Positions 1 to 13,396 are shown, counted from the stretch's first letter. The stretch is DNA of 64,000 nt from Planktothrix sp. GU0601_MAG3 (GCA_035193785.1 CP136572.1:4084578-4148577), one strand, 5' to 3'. Notes: generated by a model not told the origin, from the letters alone. Translations and numbers: made by a program.

Positions 1-420
1 TAGACCCGGTTAGTCCTTCTTCTTGGGTTTATACTCCCGAACCCATCGAACCCGCTCCAGAATCGGTTTATACCGCCCATGGTTCTGTTAGTTCTGTGAG
101 TCCTTCTGAACCGGAAACCCCCTGGGAGTGGTTTTGCAGATGATGATGATTGGGAAACGGAAGTTAAACCTTTTAACCCCGCTTGGGAAGGAGATGATGG
201 GAGAGAAAATTATCCAGAAACACAACCCCCAACTGCATCGGATTCATCCTATTCTTATTCCTACGAGGATCGAGATTCTAGTAGTACCGGAGTTGGGAAA
301 GTCGAAACGGTTTATGATGCTGATTATCGAATTATTACCCCGCCTCCGAAAACTAAAATTCAAGATGATATTCAACCCAAAAATCAGAATTCCAATGATG
401 ATGATGAAGATTGGGTTTGA
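1..420 (+). CDS. 3' part of acidic, Pro/Ser-rich cyanobacterial hypothetical protein (5' end outside window)
   Basis: Frame 3 (DPVSPSSWVYTPEP...) joins frame 1 (PGSGFADDDDWE...VYDADYRIITPP...DEDWV*) if one A is removed from GAAAC at 114-118; stop TGA 418-420. Confidence 0.6.
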
Positions 421-490
421 TACTCTCATTTTTATTAGTAGAACTTCAGGTCAAAAATACTAAAGACAACCCTCAAATTACTATTGAAAT

Positions 491-678
491 GTAGGGGCGG
501 GTTCGCCGGGATTTTTGTGATGATCATTAACCCAAATAAACCCGCCCCGTCTTGTTAATATTAATCAAGACAAAACCCCACAAATTCTGTTTTTTTTATC
601 TAAAATATCGGTGGGGTTGGGCGGGTTTATCAAGATTTTCTGTGAGATTTGAAGGATTTTGTCGAACCCGCCCCTACG
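491..678. repeat. GTAG-type REP-like elements (GTAGGGGCGGGTT...AACCCGCCCCTAC family), two units; related unit at 45059-45118
   Basis: Imperfect inverted repeats gtaggggcgggttc / aaacccgccccg and gggcgggttt / gaacccgcccctac between convergent genes. Confidence 0.7.
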
Positions 679-716
679 GGTTTCTTCTTGATGAAAATTT
701 ACCGCAAAAAGTGAGT

Positions 717-1169
717 TCAACCTACGGGTAATTTTATTCTGTTTAAGGGTATTTTATTTATATCTTGATGATTGTTTTCTAATTCTTCAGAAACATCTAA
801 TACTGTTGATAGTGATGCTTCAAATTCTTCTGGCGTCATTCTCAACAACGCCGGAATAACTGCTACTTTTTTACCCTTGAGTAAAATCGTTACCTCGAAA
901 TCTGCACCCAAAGCATCTAAATAAGCTAAAACCGATTCAAAAGCATGATCATTATTAGCACTTTCTAACTTAGAAACCCAACTTTGACCTACTCCCATTT
1001 TTTCAGCTAATTCCGCTTGGGTTAAACCTAATTTTTTTCGCAAATTTCGCATCACTTGAGTTAAGGTTAATCTAAATAACTCCTGTCTTTCGATGAGTTG
1101 CATTTCCGGGGTATCAGGAATAATTTGCTCAAGGAAAGCGAGAACATCTTGAGTATTCGTTTCTGTCAT
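717..1169 (-). CDS. XRE-family HTH antitoxin (HigA-like)
   Basis: HTH_3 motif LRKKLGLTQAELAEKMGVGQSWVSKLE; directly downstream of, and overlapping, a RelE-like gene. Confidence 0.8.
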   Translation of the reverse strand: MTETNTQDVLAFLEQIIPDTPEMQLIERQELFRLTLTQVMRNLRKKLGLTQAELAEKMGVGQSWVSKLESANNDHAFESVLAYLDALGADFEVTILLKGKKVAVIPALLRMTPEEFEASLSTVLDVSEELENNHQDINKIPLNRIKLPVG

Positions 1170-1550
1170 TAATTTTCCTCCTGTTGTTGAATGATGCGAT
1201 CTCGTCGTCTAACCGCAATACTAATTTCCGATTTAGGTGTTTTGCGACTTTTCTTTTTAAACCCATGTAATAGGACAAAACGCCTTCCAACAAAAGCACA
1301 AAGAAAAATTCGCGGATTATTTGGTGTATTATCTAATCGTAATTCATACAAATTTGTTTCCGTTACAATTTTATCTAAAATATCAGATCTTTCTCTTAAT
1401 AATCTTAATCCATAACTCCTCAGCAATTTTAGGCGAAGTTGTAATTGCTTCAGTTTCCCCTGGTGTCAATGACGGATCTTTGATAAACTCCTGAACAGGT
1501 GCAGTTCCATCAGACTCAATGTAAAACTCGATTTGCCATTCTTCTGTCAC
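1169..1550 (-). CDS. RelE/ParE (HigB/Gp49-like) toxin; frameshift at GTTTC 1453-1457
   Basis: GTG start 1550: (M)TEEWQIEFYIESDGTAPVQEFIKD...; continues into LYELRLDN...RIFLC..FVLLHGFKKKSRKTP after removing one base. Confidence 0.8.
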
Positions 1551-1706
1551 ACCTTAGCATTGTTCCTCATTTATTCCAAATTTGTCATATTTTATGATAA
1601 CACAATTTCCCCAAATCTTCAATTATTGAACATAACCGAAAATTCCCGTCTTCAGTAAATCTACGATGACGCTAAGATAATTAAGGACTGTACCACTCGA
1701 AATGTA

Positions 1707-4700
1707 GTGAACTCAAAATTACTCTCTGACCCCCTACCCTATCCCAACAACTCCCCCAACACCATCCGCATTCGGGGGGCGAAACAACATAACTTGAAAA
1801 ATGTTGATTTGGAGTTACCCCGCGATCGCCTGATCGTTTTTACCGGGGTTTCCGGGTCGGGGAAATCATCCCTCGCCTTTGATACCATCTTCGCCGAAGG
1901 TCAGCGCCGCTATGTGGAGTCCCTGAGCGCCTACGCCCGCCAATTCCTGGGACAACTGGATAAACCCGATGTCGATGCGATCGAGGGGTTGAGTCCCGCC
2001 ATTTCCATTGACCAAAAATCCACCTCCCATAACCCCCGGTCTACCGTTGGGACGGTGACGGAGATTTATGATTATTTGCGGTTGCTGTTTGGTCGGGCGG
2101 GACAGCCCCATTGTCCGATGTGCGATCGCAATATTGCGCCCCAAACTATTGATGAGATGTGCGATCGGATCATGGAAACTTCCAGACCGGACAAAATTTA
2201 TTATCCTAGCTCCGGTTGTTAGGGGGAAAAAAGGCACTCACCGCAAGCTATTATCGAGTTTAGCTTCCCAAGGATTTGTGCGCGTCCGGGTGAATAATGA
2301 GGTTTTTGAACTATCAGAAAATATTGAATTAGATAAAAACCATAGCCATAATATTGAAATTGTTATTGACCGCTTAATTAAAAAACCCGGACTACAAGAA
2401 CGTCTCGCCGATTCCCTAACTACCTGTTTAAAACAATCTAATGGAATTGCAATTATAGGAATAGTAGATGATACATCTAATGATAATTATAGACCAACTG
2501 CCTCGAAAAAAGCAAGTTCTGAAGATCAAAAAGATTCAGAAAATAGCGATAATTCCTATCCATTAGAAAAGGATAATTTTGAACAAACCTCCCTGGGTAA
2601 AGGGGGAGGATCTTTACAATTGGTATTTTCAGAAAATTTTGCCTGTCCCGAACATGGGGCGGTCATGGAAGAACTTTCTCCTCGGTTATTTTCCTTTAAT
2701 TCTCCCTTTGGAGCCTGTCCGAGTTGTCATGGTTTAGGACATCTGAAAACCTTTTCCCCAGAGTTAGTAATTCCCGACTTAACTCAACCAGTTTATACTG
2801 CAATTGCTCCTTGGTCAGAAAAGGATAATTCCTATTATTTATCTATCTTACATAGTGTTGGTCAAGCCTTTGGTTTTGAGATTACTACCCATTGGAATCA
2901 ACTCACAAAAGAACAACAACATATTATCCTTTATGGTTCAGAGGAACCTATTTTAATTGAAACCGATTCTCGGTATCGAGAAAACAAAGGATATTATCGA
3001 CCCTACGCCGGGGTATTGCCATTATTACAACGTCAATATCAAGACAGTGCTTCCGAATTACAAAAGCAAAAATTAGAACAATATTTAATTGATCAACCCT
3101 GCGAAGTTTGTCTGGGAAAAAGACTAAAACCCGAAGCCCTAGCGGTGCGAGTCGGACAATATCAAATAGATGAATTAACGGGGGTTTCTATTCGGGATTG
3201 TTTAGATCGAATTAATCAGTTAAACTTAACCGAAAGACAGGCAAAAATAGCGGAATTAGTTCTGCGGGAAATCAGAGCTAGATTGCAATTTTTACTGGAT
3301 GTGGGATTAGACTATTTAACCCTAGCCAGAACCGCATCCACCCTATCAGGAGGAGAAGCCCAACGGATTCGGTTAGCCACTCAAATCGGGGCGGGTTTAA
3401 CGGGGGTTTTATATGTATTAGATGAGCCTAGTATTGGGTTACATCAACGGGATAATACAAAGTTATTAAATACCTTGATAAAATTACGGGATTTAGGTAA
3501 TACTTTAATTGTGGTTGAACACGATGAAGAAACTATTCGGGCGGCGGATCATTTAGTTGATATTGGGCCGGGGGCGGGGGTGCATGGTGGTGAAATTGTC
3601 GCCCAGGGAAATATAGAGGTTTTATTAAATTCTGAAACCTCTTTGACGGGGGCTTATTTATCAGGAAGAAAACAAATCGAAACCCCCGCAGAAAGAAGAA
3701 AGGGAAATGGAAAACGGATTAAATTAATTAACGCTACCCGCAATAACTTAAATAATATTACCGTGGAAATTCCGTTAGGAAAACTGGTTAGTATTACGGG
3801 GGTTTCTGGTTCGGGAAAATCTACCTTGATGAGTGAATTACTGTATCCATCTTTACAACATCATTTCACCCGAAAAGTACCTTTTCCCAAGGATTTAAAA
3901 GCTGTAGAAGGGTTAGACGTATTGGATAAAGTGATTGTAATTGATCAATCTCCCATTGGTCGCACCCCGAGATCTAACCCTGCCACTTATACCGGAGTTT
4001 TTGATATTATTCGAGATGTTTTTACCGAAACAATTGAAGCCAAAGCCAGAGGTTATAAAGCTGGACAATTTTCCTTTAATGTCAAAGGAGGACGGTGTGA
4101 AGCCTGCGGGGGACAGGGAGTAAATGTGATTGAAATGAACTTTTTGCCCGATGTTTATGTGCAGTGTGAAGTGTGCAAAGGAGCCCGATATAATCGGGAA
4201 ACTTTACACGTTAAATATAAAGGATATTCGATTGCCGATGTATTAAATATGCCTGTAGAAACGGCCTTAGATGTGTTTCAAAATATCCCCCGGGCGGCGA
4301 GTCGTTTACAAACTTTAGTTGATGTCGGTTTGGGTTATATTCGCTTAGGACAACCCGCGCCAACTTTATCAGGGGGAGAAGCCCAACGGGTTAAATTGGC
4401 ATCAGAATTATCAAAAAGAGCCACGGGAAAAACCTTATATTTAATTGACGAAACCGACAACGGGTTTATCCTTTTATGACGTGCATCAATTATTAAATGT
4501 ATTGCAACGTTTGGTGGATAAAGGTAATTCTATTTTAGTAATTGAACACAATTTGGATGTGATTCGTTGTGCAGATTGGGTAATTGATTTAGGGCCAGAG
4601 GGAGGGGATAAAGGAGGAGAATTAATTGCACAAGGAACCCCGGAAGATATTGCTAAAAATGCTAAATCTTATACGGGGATTTATTTAAAACAGGTGTTAA

Positions 4701-4744
4701 AACAACATCATTCTCCAAATATAGTAGTCGCGCCTGGGGTGTGA
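1707..4744 (+). CDS. uvrA: Excinuclease ABC subunit A; frameshifts at GAAAC 2175-2179 and 4450-4454
   Basis: Two Walker A motifs [16 protein letters not shown] signatures and Zn fingers across three consecutive ORF pieces. Confidence 0.97.
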
Positions 4745-4782
4745 GGAAATAAAGTGATCAGTATAGTGCTACGCATTACAGT

Positions 4783-4811
4783 TGTAGAGACGCGCCATGG
4801 CACGTCTCTAC
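4783..4811. repeat. REP-like palindrome GTAGAGACG(C/T)GCCATGGC(A/G)CGTCTCTAC; further copies near 13363-13391, 18383-18410, 18485-18513; related palindrome 16243-16270
   Basis: Near-perfect ~28-bp palindromes bounded by GTAG/CTAC, repeated in intergenic spaces. Confidence 0.8.
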
Positions 4812-4856
4812 TAAATCTGTTCCCTTATTAATAAACCCAACCCCATAAAAAAATCC

Positions 4857-6661
4857 CTATTTCCTATTGCTATATTTGCTAAAATAGGTTTTAAAAATAT
4901 CCTGAGCAATCGGAGCCGCAGAAACCGCCCCATATCCCCCGGCTTCGACGACAACGGCGATCGCAATTTCTGGTTTGTTGGCAGGCCCAAACCCCACATA
5001 CATCGCATTATCAGGCTTTCCTGGAATTTCCACCGTTCCTGTTTTACCTCCGGTTAAAGGAATTGAAACCATCATTTAAACCCCGTCCAGTTCCTTTTTT
5101 TACCACATCAATTAATCCAGCCCGAATCAGATTTAGGGTTGACGCAGAAATTTTTGTTTTAATCGGTTTTGTTGGGATTTTATTGGTTTGAGATATTAAT
5201 AAATGGGGTTGAACTCGCCAACCACTATTAGCCACGGTAGAAACCATCACAGCTAATTCTAACGGAGTCGCTAAAACCAAACCTTGACCAATTGCCATGG
5301 TCACCGTATCTCCAATATACCAAGGTTCATCATATAATTTTTCTTTCTCTTTAGGAGTAGGAATTTGCCCTTGATTTGCCCCATCTAACCCCAATAAATC
5401 CAAATTAATTGTCCCAGCAATTCCCAATTCTTTGCCCCATTTAGCAATATTTTCTGGCCCGGTTTTCACCCCAAGCTGATAAAAAAAGGTATTACTACTA
5501 AAAGCCAAAGCTTCTTTAAATCCAATCACACCATAACCCTTTCCATGTTCATTAAAGGAAATCCCCCCAATTTTAATTGATGCAGCAGTCGGGATTTTAG
5601 AAGTAATAGAAAAATTCCCCGATTCAATTCCCGCCGTGGTGGTGACAATCTTAAAGGTACTCCCTGGCGGATACCCCTGTACGGCTCGATTTAATAACGG
5701 TTGTTCAACACTTTGTAGCTTTTTCCAGTCTTGACTTGTTACCTGATTTGTAAATAAATTAGGATCAAAAGTTGGGCCACTAGCTAGGGCTAAAATCGCT
5801 CCGGTTTTGACATTTAAAACCACCACCGCCCCCCGACGATTTGCCAAGGCTTTTTCGGCGGTTTTTTGTAGGGCTAAATCTAATGTTAACTGCACCGATT
5901 GACCCTGTTTAGGAGGTTGCAAACCTAACTCTTGAATTTCCTGACCTTTGGCATCCACTTCCAGTAATCTATTCCCCCAAGTGCCTTTGATTTGGGAATT
6001 TACTAATTTTTCAACTCCCATTTTTCCGGCCATTATTCCCATCGGATCACGAGGATTTGCTTTTAATTCTTCCAGTGTCGCCTCTCCAATATAACCTAAA
6101 ATATGGGCTGCTAATTTTCCATTTGGATAATAACGTCGAGATTCTCCCCGCACTTCAACACCGCGTAAATTTTCCACTTTTTCTGCTAAACCAATAAACA
6201 TTTCAGCCGAAAGATTTGGACTCACTCTCACCGGAATTCGAGATCGATATCCGGTTTTTTCTAATTTTTGCAGAATCTCAGCAGGGGGAACATTTAAAAT
6301 AGTATGGAGTTGTTTAGCAGTGATTTTCCATTGTTCAGGAGACTGTTCCTGGGGCCATAAATATACGGAAACGCGAGAGTTGACTTCCCGCTAATAAATC
6401 CCCGTTTCGATCTAAAATTTGCCCCCGTTTAGCCGGGACAGGAATCAGGCGTAAACGGTTATTTTCCGCCCGAATGCGGTGGTATTCTCCCTCAATCAAT
6501 TGTAACTGTATCAGTTTAATTCCTAAACCTCCAAAAAAACACCCGATTAATAATAATAAAATCACCCCTTTATGAGTCCGATGACGTTGGATTATTGAAT
6601 TTTGTTGGGCTGGGATTGTCAGATAGGGAGATTTAGACGGAAACAGAGATTCGTTAGCCAT
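4857..6661 (-). CDS. mrdA: Penicillin-binding protein 2 (class B transpeptidase); frameshifts at 6368-6372 and 5065-5069
   Basis: N-terminal TM + RGQILDRNG, YPPGSTFK (SxxK), SSN (SxN), GKTGT (KTG). Confidence 0.9.
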
Positions 6662-6765
6662 AATTAAGAAATTCTTAGGTTAAACTTTATTATTCTTAAT
6701 TGTTAATTCCGGTTTCTTGCCTTAAAATCAGAACAAACTGCCACGTTTTTATGGGGGTTAGATGA

Positions 6766-9158
6766 ATGAGTAGTAGTCATCATCTTGTTTTTCCTCCCCG
6801 GACTTACTCTGGGGAATCCCTGACCACCTCTGAGGTTTTAACTCAACCGAATTCTCCCCACCGTGATGTTGCTGTTGGGGATGATTTACTGATGTTTTTG
6901 GCTATACAAGCTCTACAAAGACAGGTTCCCCCCCGCCTCAAAGTTTTTGATGATTTTGCGACCGAATTTCAAAGGGAAATCTCCAATTATTTTGGCAGTT
7001 ATCAACAGGCTTGTATTTTGATTAATCAATTATTGATAACCGTTGATAATCCGAATATTATCACTCAATATTGCCAGCAAAGTTCCCTAGGGAAGAAACT
7101 ACCCAACGCTTTATATATTCATCGTTCAGCCCTATCTGAGTTAAATATTGTATTGAGAATATATGAACAATTAAGTCGTTTTTATTTACCGTCCTTAAAA
7201 CCCTTTACCTTGATTAAGTTTCATACTAATCAATCATTAATTTCTTATTTATTCTATCCTGATTTTGATCAAGATCCCCATCCGGCCTTAACTGCTAGTT
7301 TTCAAGTAAACGTTAAAACCGGACAGGTAAATATTATGGATTATTCTAATAGTGATAATCCGCCGATTCTGCATCGAAAAGAAACCTTTGTCACTGCAAA
7401 TTATCCCAATTATCAAAAGTTTAAACAACTCACTAAAACCGAAGAACGATTAGGATTATTAGAAACGCCTAAACTTTCATCCCTTCAGGAATTTATTAAC
7501 TCAGAAACTCGTTTATACCGAACCATTGGAACTCGCAAAGGTTGGCAACAACACTTACATAAACATGGGGTAGAAATCCATGATCATCGGGTGATGAAAC
7601 TTTCGGAAATTACCAATAATTTAACCGAATTTAATTCTGAAAATGCCCTACATTTTTCACCTAAAATTGAACGTCATCGCGCCGCTATTCCGCGTAAAAA
7701 TTTATCCCGTCCGATGCGTTTAGCCCTAGAAGCGGAAGTGTTTCAAGAACATAGCACTTTTTTTGATTATGGTTGTGGATATGGGGGAGATATTCAACGG
7801 TTAACGGAAACAGGGGTATACGGGAAGCGGATGGGATCCTTATTATTCTCCCCAAACTCCCCAAATAGAATCCGATATTGTGAATTTGGGATATGTAATT
7901 AATGTAATTGAATGTCAAAACGAACGACGGGAAGCCCTAATTCAAGCCTGGAATTTAGCTCAAAAAGTTTTAATTGTTGCAGCCCAAGTGTTAGTAGATG
8001 CTCAAGAAAAAGGAATTATGGTGTATGGGGATGGGGTGATTACCAGCCGCAATACCTTTCAAAAATATTATCAACAGGAAGAACTCAAAGTTTATATTGA
8101 TCAGGTCTTAGATGTTGATGCAATTCCCTTAGATTTAGGGGTTTATATTGTGTTTCGAGATGAGAGCGAAGCCGAAAAATTTCGAGCCGATCGCTTCCAT
8201 TCTCGCTTAACATCTCCCCGAATTCGTTTGACCTTAAAACGGTTTGAAGATTATCAAGAATTACTCCAACCTTTAATTCAATTTATCAGCGATCGCGGTC
8301 GTTTACCCGTGGAAACCGAACTTCCAGAAGCCGAACAACTCCAACAGGAATTTGGCAGTTTAAAACGAGCTTTTCAAATAATTTTACAAGTCACAAATCC
8401 TGAAGAATGGGACGTGATCGCCCATAAACGCCGTCAGGATTTACTGGTTTATATTGCCTTAAGTCGATTTAGTCGTCGTCCAAAACTATTTCAACTTTCA
8501 GAAGCAATGAAAAATGATATAAAAGGTTTATTCGGTAGTTATAGAAAATCTTGTGATTTGGCAGATTTAATGTTATATACTCTGGGTGATCCTAAAATTA
8601 TTGCCAACCATTGCCAAAACAGTGAAGTAGGTCAAAAACGAGCCAATTCCCTCTGGATTCATATTTCAGCGCTGGAAAAACTCTCTCCATTGCTGCGACT
8701 CTATGAAGGATGTGCTAGTCAAACCCTGGGTCGTCCTGAAGGGGCAAACTTAATTAAGTTTCATATCAAAACCCCCAAAATTTCCTATTTATTTTCCCCA
8801 GATTTTGATCTTGAAACCCATCCGACCCTGAGTAACTGTATGCAAATTGACCTGCGGGATCTTCATGTCAGCTATCAAACTTATGATGGCCCCAACCCCC
8901 CAATTTTGCATCGCAAACACACCTTAGTTAACCCAGAATATCCCCATCATCAACAGTTGGTAAAACTCTCTGACCAAGAGGAAAAATGGGGACTATTCGA
9001 TAACTTTGGGTTGATTCAAACGCGCCTAGGTTGGTTAAAATGTTTAGAAGACCATTGTGCTCAAATCAGGGGTTATCGTGTCTACTGGCGTACCGATGCC
9101 GATCCTTATCGGGTGAAATTATTACGTTTCTGCTCGTCGGAATCGGAATAAATCATAG
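6766..9158 (+). CDS. DNA phosphorothioation-associated putative methyltransferase (TIGR04096-like); frameshifts at 7807-7811 and 9126-9130
   Basis: SAM motif FFDYGCGYGGD, GWDPYY, NLGYVINVIE, TFQKYYQQEEL, and a duplicated ...YPDFD..PHP...PPILHRK domain; family recognised from memory. Confidence 0.8.
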
Positions 9159-9239
9159 TTATTGCCCCCGGATCTTTGTTCATCAGTAGCCAATTTATTT
9201 TTTAGTCAGGGTAACACGAATTAGATTCAACATTAAACA

Positions 9240-10037
9240 ATGGATATTAAACAATTACTAGAAAAATACACCCACGGGGAAAGGGATTTTCGAGGCGCTA
9301 TCTTAATTGGGATTCAACTCAATGGCGTTGATTTAAGTAGTGTAGATTTAAGTGGAGCAAATCTGATTAATGCCGACTTGCAAGAAGCGGATTTAAGCGA
9401 AGCCGATTTGACCGGAGTTAACCTAATTAATGCTAATTTAAGTGGTGCTGATTTAAGTGGTTCGGATCTAAGTCGCGCCTATCTAAATGGAGCCAAATTA
9501 GTTGGTGCTTATCTCAACCGCACCCATTTAATTAATACCTATTTAAGTGGAGCCAATTTAATTTATACTAAACTAATTGGGGCTAATTTAACCGGGGCAA
9601 ATCTAACTAATGTTAAATTAATTAATGCGAATTTGACTCGGGCAGTTCTGACCAATGCTAATCTCACCGGAGTTAATTTAATTGGTGCGGATCTCAAAAG
9701 TGCTAACCTTTTAGGAGCCGATCTCAGGGGGGCAAATTTAAGTGGAACCTTAATTGATGAAACTACCCAACTGAGTGACAAATGGCGGCTGGTTCAAGAA
9801 ATAGTTACCCAAGGGGCAATTGAACGGGATTTAAGTTATGCAGATTTGAAAGAAACTAACTTAATTGGAGCTAATTTAACCCGAGCTAATTTAAGTAATG
9901 CTGATCTAAGCGGTTCTAATTTAAGTGGCATTTATCTCACCAATACTATTGTCGAAAACACCAAATTTGTCGGTGTGGTGGGGCTCTCTCCTGAAGCTAA
10001 ACTCAACCTCAAACAACGGGGGGCTATATTAGATTAG
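9240..10037 (+). CDS. Pentapeptide repeat protein
   Basis: Y..GERDF start followed by many A(D/N)Lxx repeats. Confidence 0.92.
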   Translation: MDIKQLLEKYTHGERDFRGAILIGIQLNGVDLSSVDLSGANLINADLQEADLSEADLTGVNLINANLSGADLSGSDLSRAYLNGAKLVGAYLNRTHLINTYLSGANLIYTKLIGANLTGANLTNVKLINANLTRAVLTNANLTGVNLIGADLKSANLLGADLRGANLSGTLIDETTQLSDKWRLVQEIVTQGAIERDLSYADLKETNLIGANLTRANLSNADLSGSNLSGIYLTNTIVENTKFVGVVGLSPEAKLNLKQRGAILD

Positions 10038-10066
10038 GAATCAATTTCCTCCTGATTAATCCCTAC

Positions 10067-12606
10067 CTAACTATTGATTTTATTCAAGACTTGTAAATTC
10101 TGCCAAGCTTGAATAAAATTCCCCTGTAGGAGTTGAGAAACCCCGACTAAAACCTTAAATTCAGGTTGATTTGGGTTTAACTCTAGGGCAGGTTTTAGTG
10201 CCTGTTCTGCTAATTTGGCTTGTAAATTATAGAGATAAACAAACCCTAAATAGGCGTGAGCATTGGGATTTTTACTATCAAGTTGAGTTACTATTTTTAA
10301 GGCTGCGATCGCCCCTTCCGCATCCTGTTGTAAAACATTAGCCAAAGCTAAATTATAAGCTAAATCCAATCGATTAGGCTCCAGTTTTAAGCGATATTCT
10401 AAGGCTTTTTCCGCTTGAATTGTATAGTCTTGAGTCGGATCATATTGATTAATTCTTCCCACCTGAGCAAAAATCGGATCTAACCCCTTAATTCCTGCGG
10501 GTAAATTAACGGTTAATAGTCTTAACTGCGTCACTAAATCTAACTCGGGGGCGGCGACGGGGGGAATTTTAGGATCAATTTTCAAGATAATATTAGGGGT
10601 GTTAATTTTATAGTTTTTCCCCGTTTCTCGGTTCAAATAAGTTGCTTCTAATTGATAATTTCCCGGAATTAAATCAACCGGAGGAAACATCGCCATTCGT
10701 TTCTGTGACTTGATAACTTTTATCCGGTGCATCCCCATATAATTGTCCTGTTCCTATCCCATGATCATGAATCCAAAAAGATAAACCTTTGGGGTTAGGA
10801 GGAGTTAACTTCCAATTTAAAATTACAATTCCCTGCTGCAAATCGCGTAACGATCCCCGCCATTGATAAGTAACTGGAACCGGAAGACCAGGGGGGGCTT
10901 GAGTCGGAATTAAAACCCGTTCTAACTCTATTTTGGGAATTGATGTTTTTAGAGGTAAAACTTCTACAAAGGGAATAATTCTTTCATATAAATTCAAAAA
11001 ACTATTATCGGGTAATAGCCATTGTTTATTCAGCTTAAATTCGGGACTGGTTTCTAAGGTTTGCATCGTCATTTGTTGAGCATCCTGTACCCGATTTACT
11101 GAACCCTGTTGTCCGGTTTTAGTCACAAACCAAGACATTGATCGCACATCCTGTGAAACGTTCTTTTTATTCGTTCCCACCTGTCTCCCGTGAACCTGAG
11201 AACCTTGTAAGGAAACCGTAATAGTTTAAATTATGTTGATTAATTTCTGGCGTTGAAGGTAATACTCCTAAATTGCTTTTTAAATAGGGTTGGGATGCAA
11301 TAATTTCGGTAATTACTTGTTCATGGGGCCAAGGGTTTCCTAAATAAACATGATGTTCGTTTCCTGGGTTGAAAGTTCTGATCACTTGTCTAACCGGATA
11401 ACTGCCAATTGGCCATAAATTAAACATCATTAATATTATTCCTAAACCCAAGGTTCCCCACCGAATTTGTCGCCCCCAACTTTGAGGAAATAAGGTTAAA
11501 AAATAGGCTAAAACAATTGCTAAAACCGGAAGTAAGGGTAAACTATAGCGGAAATCTTTATTCACATTTAGGGAACAGAGGAGATATCCCCCCAACCAAA
11601 ATATTGCTAACCATTTTAAGGATATCCAGTTTAATTGTAATTTTGAGAAATGTTCAAAGGGATGATGCTGTTGATTCCAAGATAAAGAATAGTGTTTAAT
11701 AATATAGAATAAAAGACCAATAATCGGAATAATTAATAGGGGGAAAGAAACATGGGCGGGCAGTAATTTAAAATAATATGTCCAAGCATCTAAACTGGTT
11801 AAAGCCGGATCACCTTCGGCGATCGCAGAATCCAGGGTTGCTCGTTTTCCTGAAGTTAACATTAATAACCAATTGGTTTTCGCCCAAGGAAAAATAATTG
11901 CTGTTGATAATAATAACGCCAGGAATAATTGTGAAAATCGCTGCCATTGACGTTTTTTTAAAACTCCTACCGTTACCCATAATAGGGGAGTAAACAGGAA
12001 AAAAAGAGCCGTTTGTTTAGTCAAAAGAGCTAATCCAAAAGTTACCCCAAATAGAATAGCCCACCGCCAAGAATGAGTTAGTTTTTTATCGCAATTATCA
12101 AGACCAGAACACCACCATAAAGTCAAGCTATAGAAACTTAATGTCACCATAGCAGTTAACGGATAATCGAGTAAAAATTGTAACCTATGGTGATAAAGTC
12201 CGGGTAAAATAGCACAAATAGCCGTTGCCCAAAATCCTACGGAACGGTTAAATAATAGGGTTCCTAAACCGTAAACTGAAGCAAATAAAATAGCACTAAA
12301 TAATAGATGAACCGCATTAGTTTGATCCGGCCCTATTCCTAATATATTCTGAAAGGGAATAGTTAATAAATAGGTCAAGGGGGGAATTTTAGGGGACATC
12401 ATCCACATCTGAGTCCACCAGTCCCCGGAAAACCATTGGGGTTGTTGCCAAACTTGCCAATAATTTAAGGCCTCATTCAGATAATCCGCCTGATCCCAAG
12501 CGGGAACAGACCGATCCATCCTAAACCATAGGCGATCGCTCACCGCCACCACCAGCCAAATTAAGCCAACCCCAAGGATCTCTGCGGGGGGTTTGTTGTG
12601 CTTCAT
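10067..12606 (-). CDS. Membrane glycosyltransferase (GT39/ArnT-like) with C-terminal TPR; frameshifts at 11212-11216 and 10699-10703
   Basis: PAWDQADY, many TM helices, LLTKQ, NKDFRY, TPR-like C-terminus; three ORF pieces join. Confidence 0.8.
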
Positions 12607-12749
12607 CGTTGTCCTTCCTAATAAGATTTGTGAACCCAACCCGGACGGCCAAATCTCCAAAGTCAATCAATCAGAGGGTTTGGAGACCGAACCCCTACAA
12701 TAAAATACTACGATTGATTCCGATTGGAAAAAATTTCTCCGCCAGGGGG

Positions 12750-12778
12750 TTGCCAAACTCAATTCTATTTGCTAGATT
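12750..12778 (+). promoter_or_regulatory. Sigma70-type promoter of tRNA-Phe
   Basis: TTGCCA (12750-12755), 17-nt spacer, TAGATT (12773-12778), 17 nt upstream of the tRNA. Confidence 0.6.
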
Positions 12779-12795
12779 AGTAAAAGTGAAAACGA

Positions 12796-12868
<73 letters not shown>

Positions 12869-12893
12869 TCCTAAAGCATTAGACCGTTACTGA

Positions 12894-13325
12894 TTAACTC
12901 AGTTGCGGTCTAATTTTATGATGGCGATAACGCCAGTAATCTTTGAGAATCCGATCATGATCAAAACAGAGGTTTTGCGGGATTCTCCAGGGTTCAAAAA
13001 GTTCTAAATGTTTCGCATCATCAGCCGCCTGGGGTTCGCCAATTGCTGTGGCTAAAAACACGACGCTCAGGGTATGTTGACGGGGATCTCGACTCGGATC
13101 GGAATACACATGAAATTGTTCAATTAACTCGATATCTAATCCCGTTTCTTCCTTAGCTTCCCGAATAGCTGCGGTTTCAACGGATTCTCCATAATCTACA
13201 AATCCCCCAGGAATTGCCCATCCAAAGGGCGGATTTTTGCGTTCAATTAATACAATCGGTCTGGCTGGGCGATCGCTTAATTCAATAATAATATCAACGG
13301 TAGGAGCAGGATTGCGATAATTCAT
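12894..13325 (-). CDS. NUDIX hydrolase
   Basis: Nudix box [31 protein letters not shown]. Confidence 0.92.
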   Translation of the reverse strand: MNYRNPAPTVDIIIELSDRPARPIVLIERKNPPFGWAIPGGFVDYGESVETAAIREAKEETGLDIELIEQFHVYSDPSRDPRQHTLSVVFLATAIGEPQAADDAKHLELFEPWRIPQNLCFDHDRILKDYWRYRHHKIRPQLS

Positions 13326-13396
13326 AAATCAGGGAAACAGGGAATAGGGAATGAGTTATATCTGTAGAGACGTGCCATGGCGCGTCTCTACTCAAA

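Noticed and set aside
128..463. ORFs 128-463 (+) and 244-429 (-)
   Set aside because: Off-frame shadows of the real acidic protein ending at 420.
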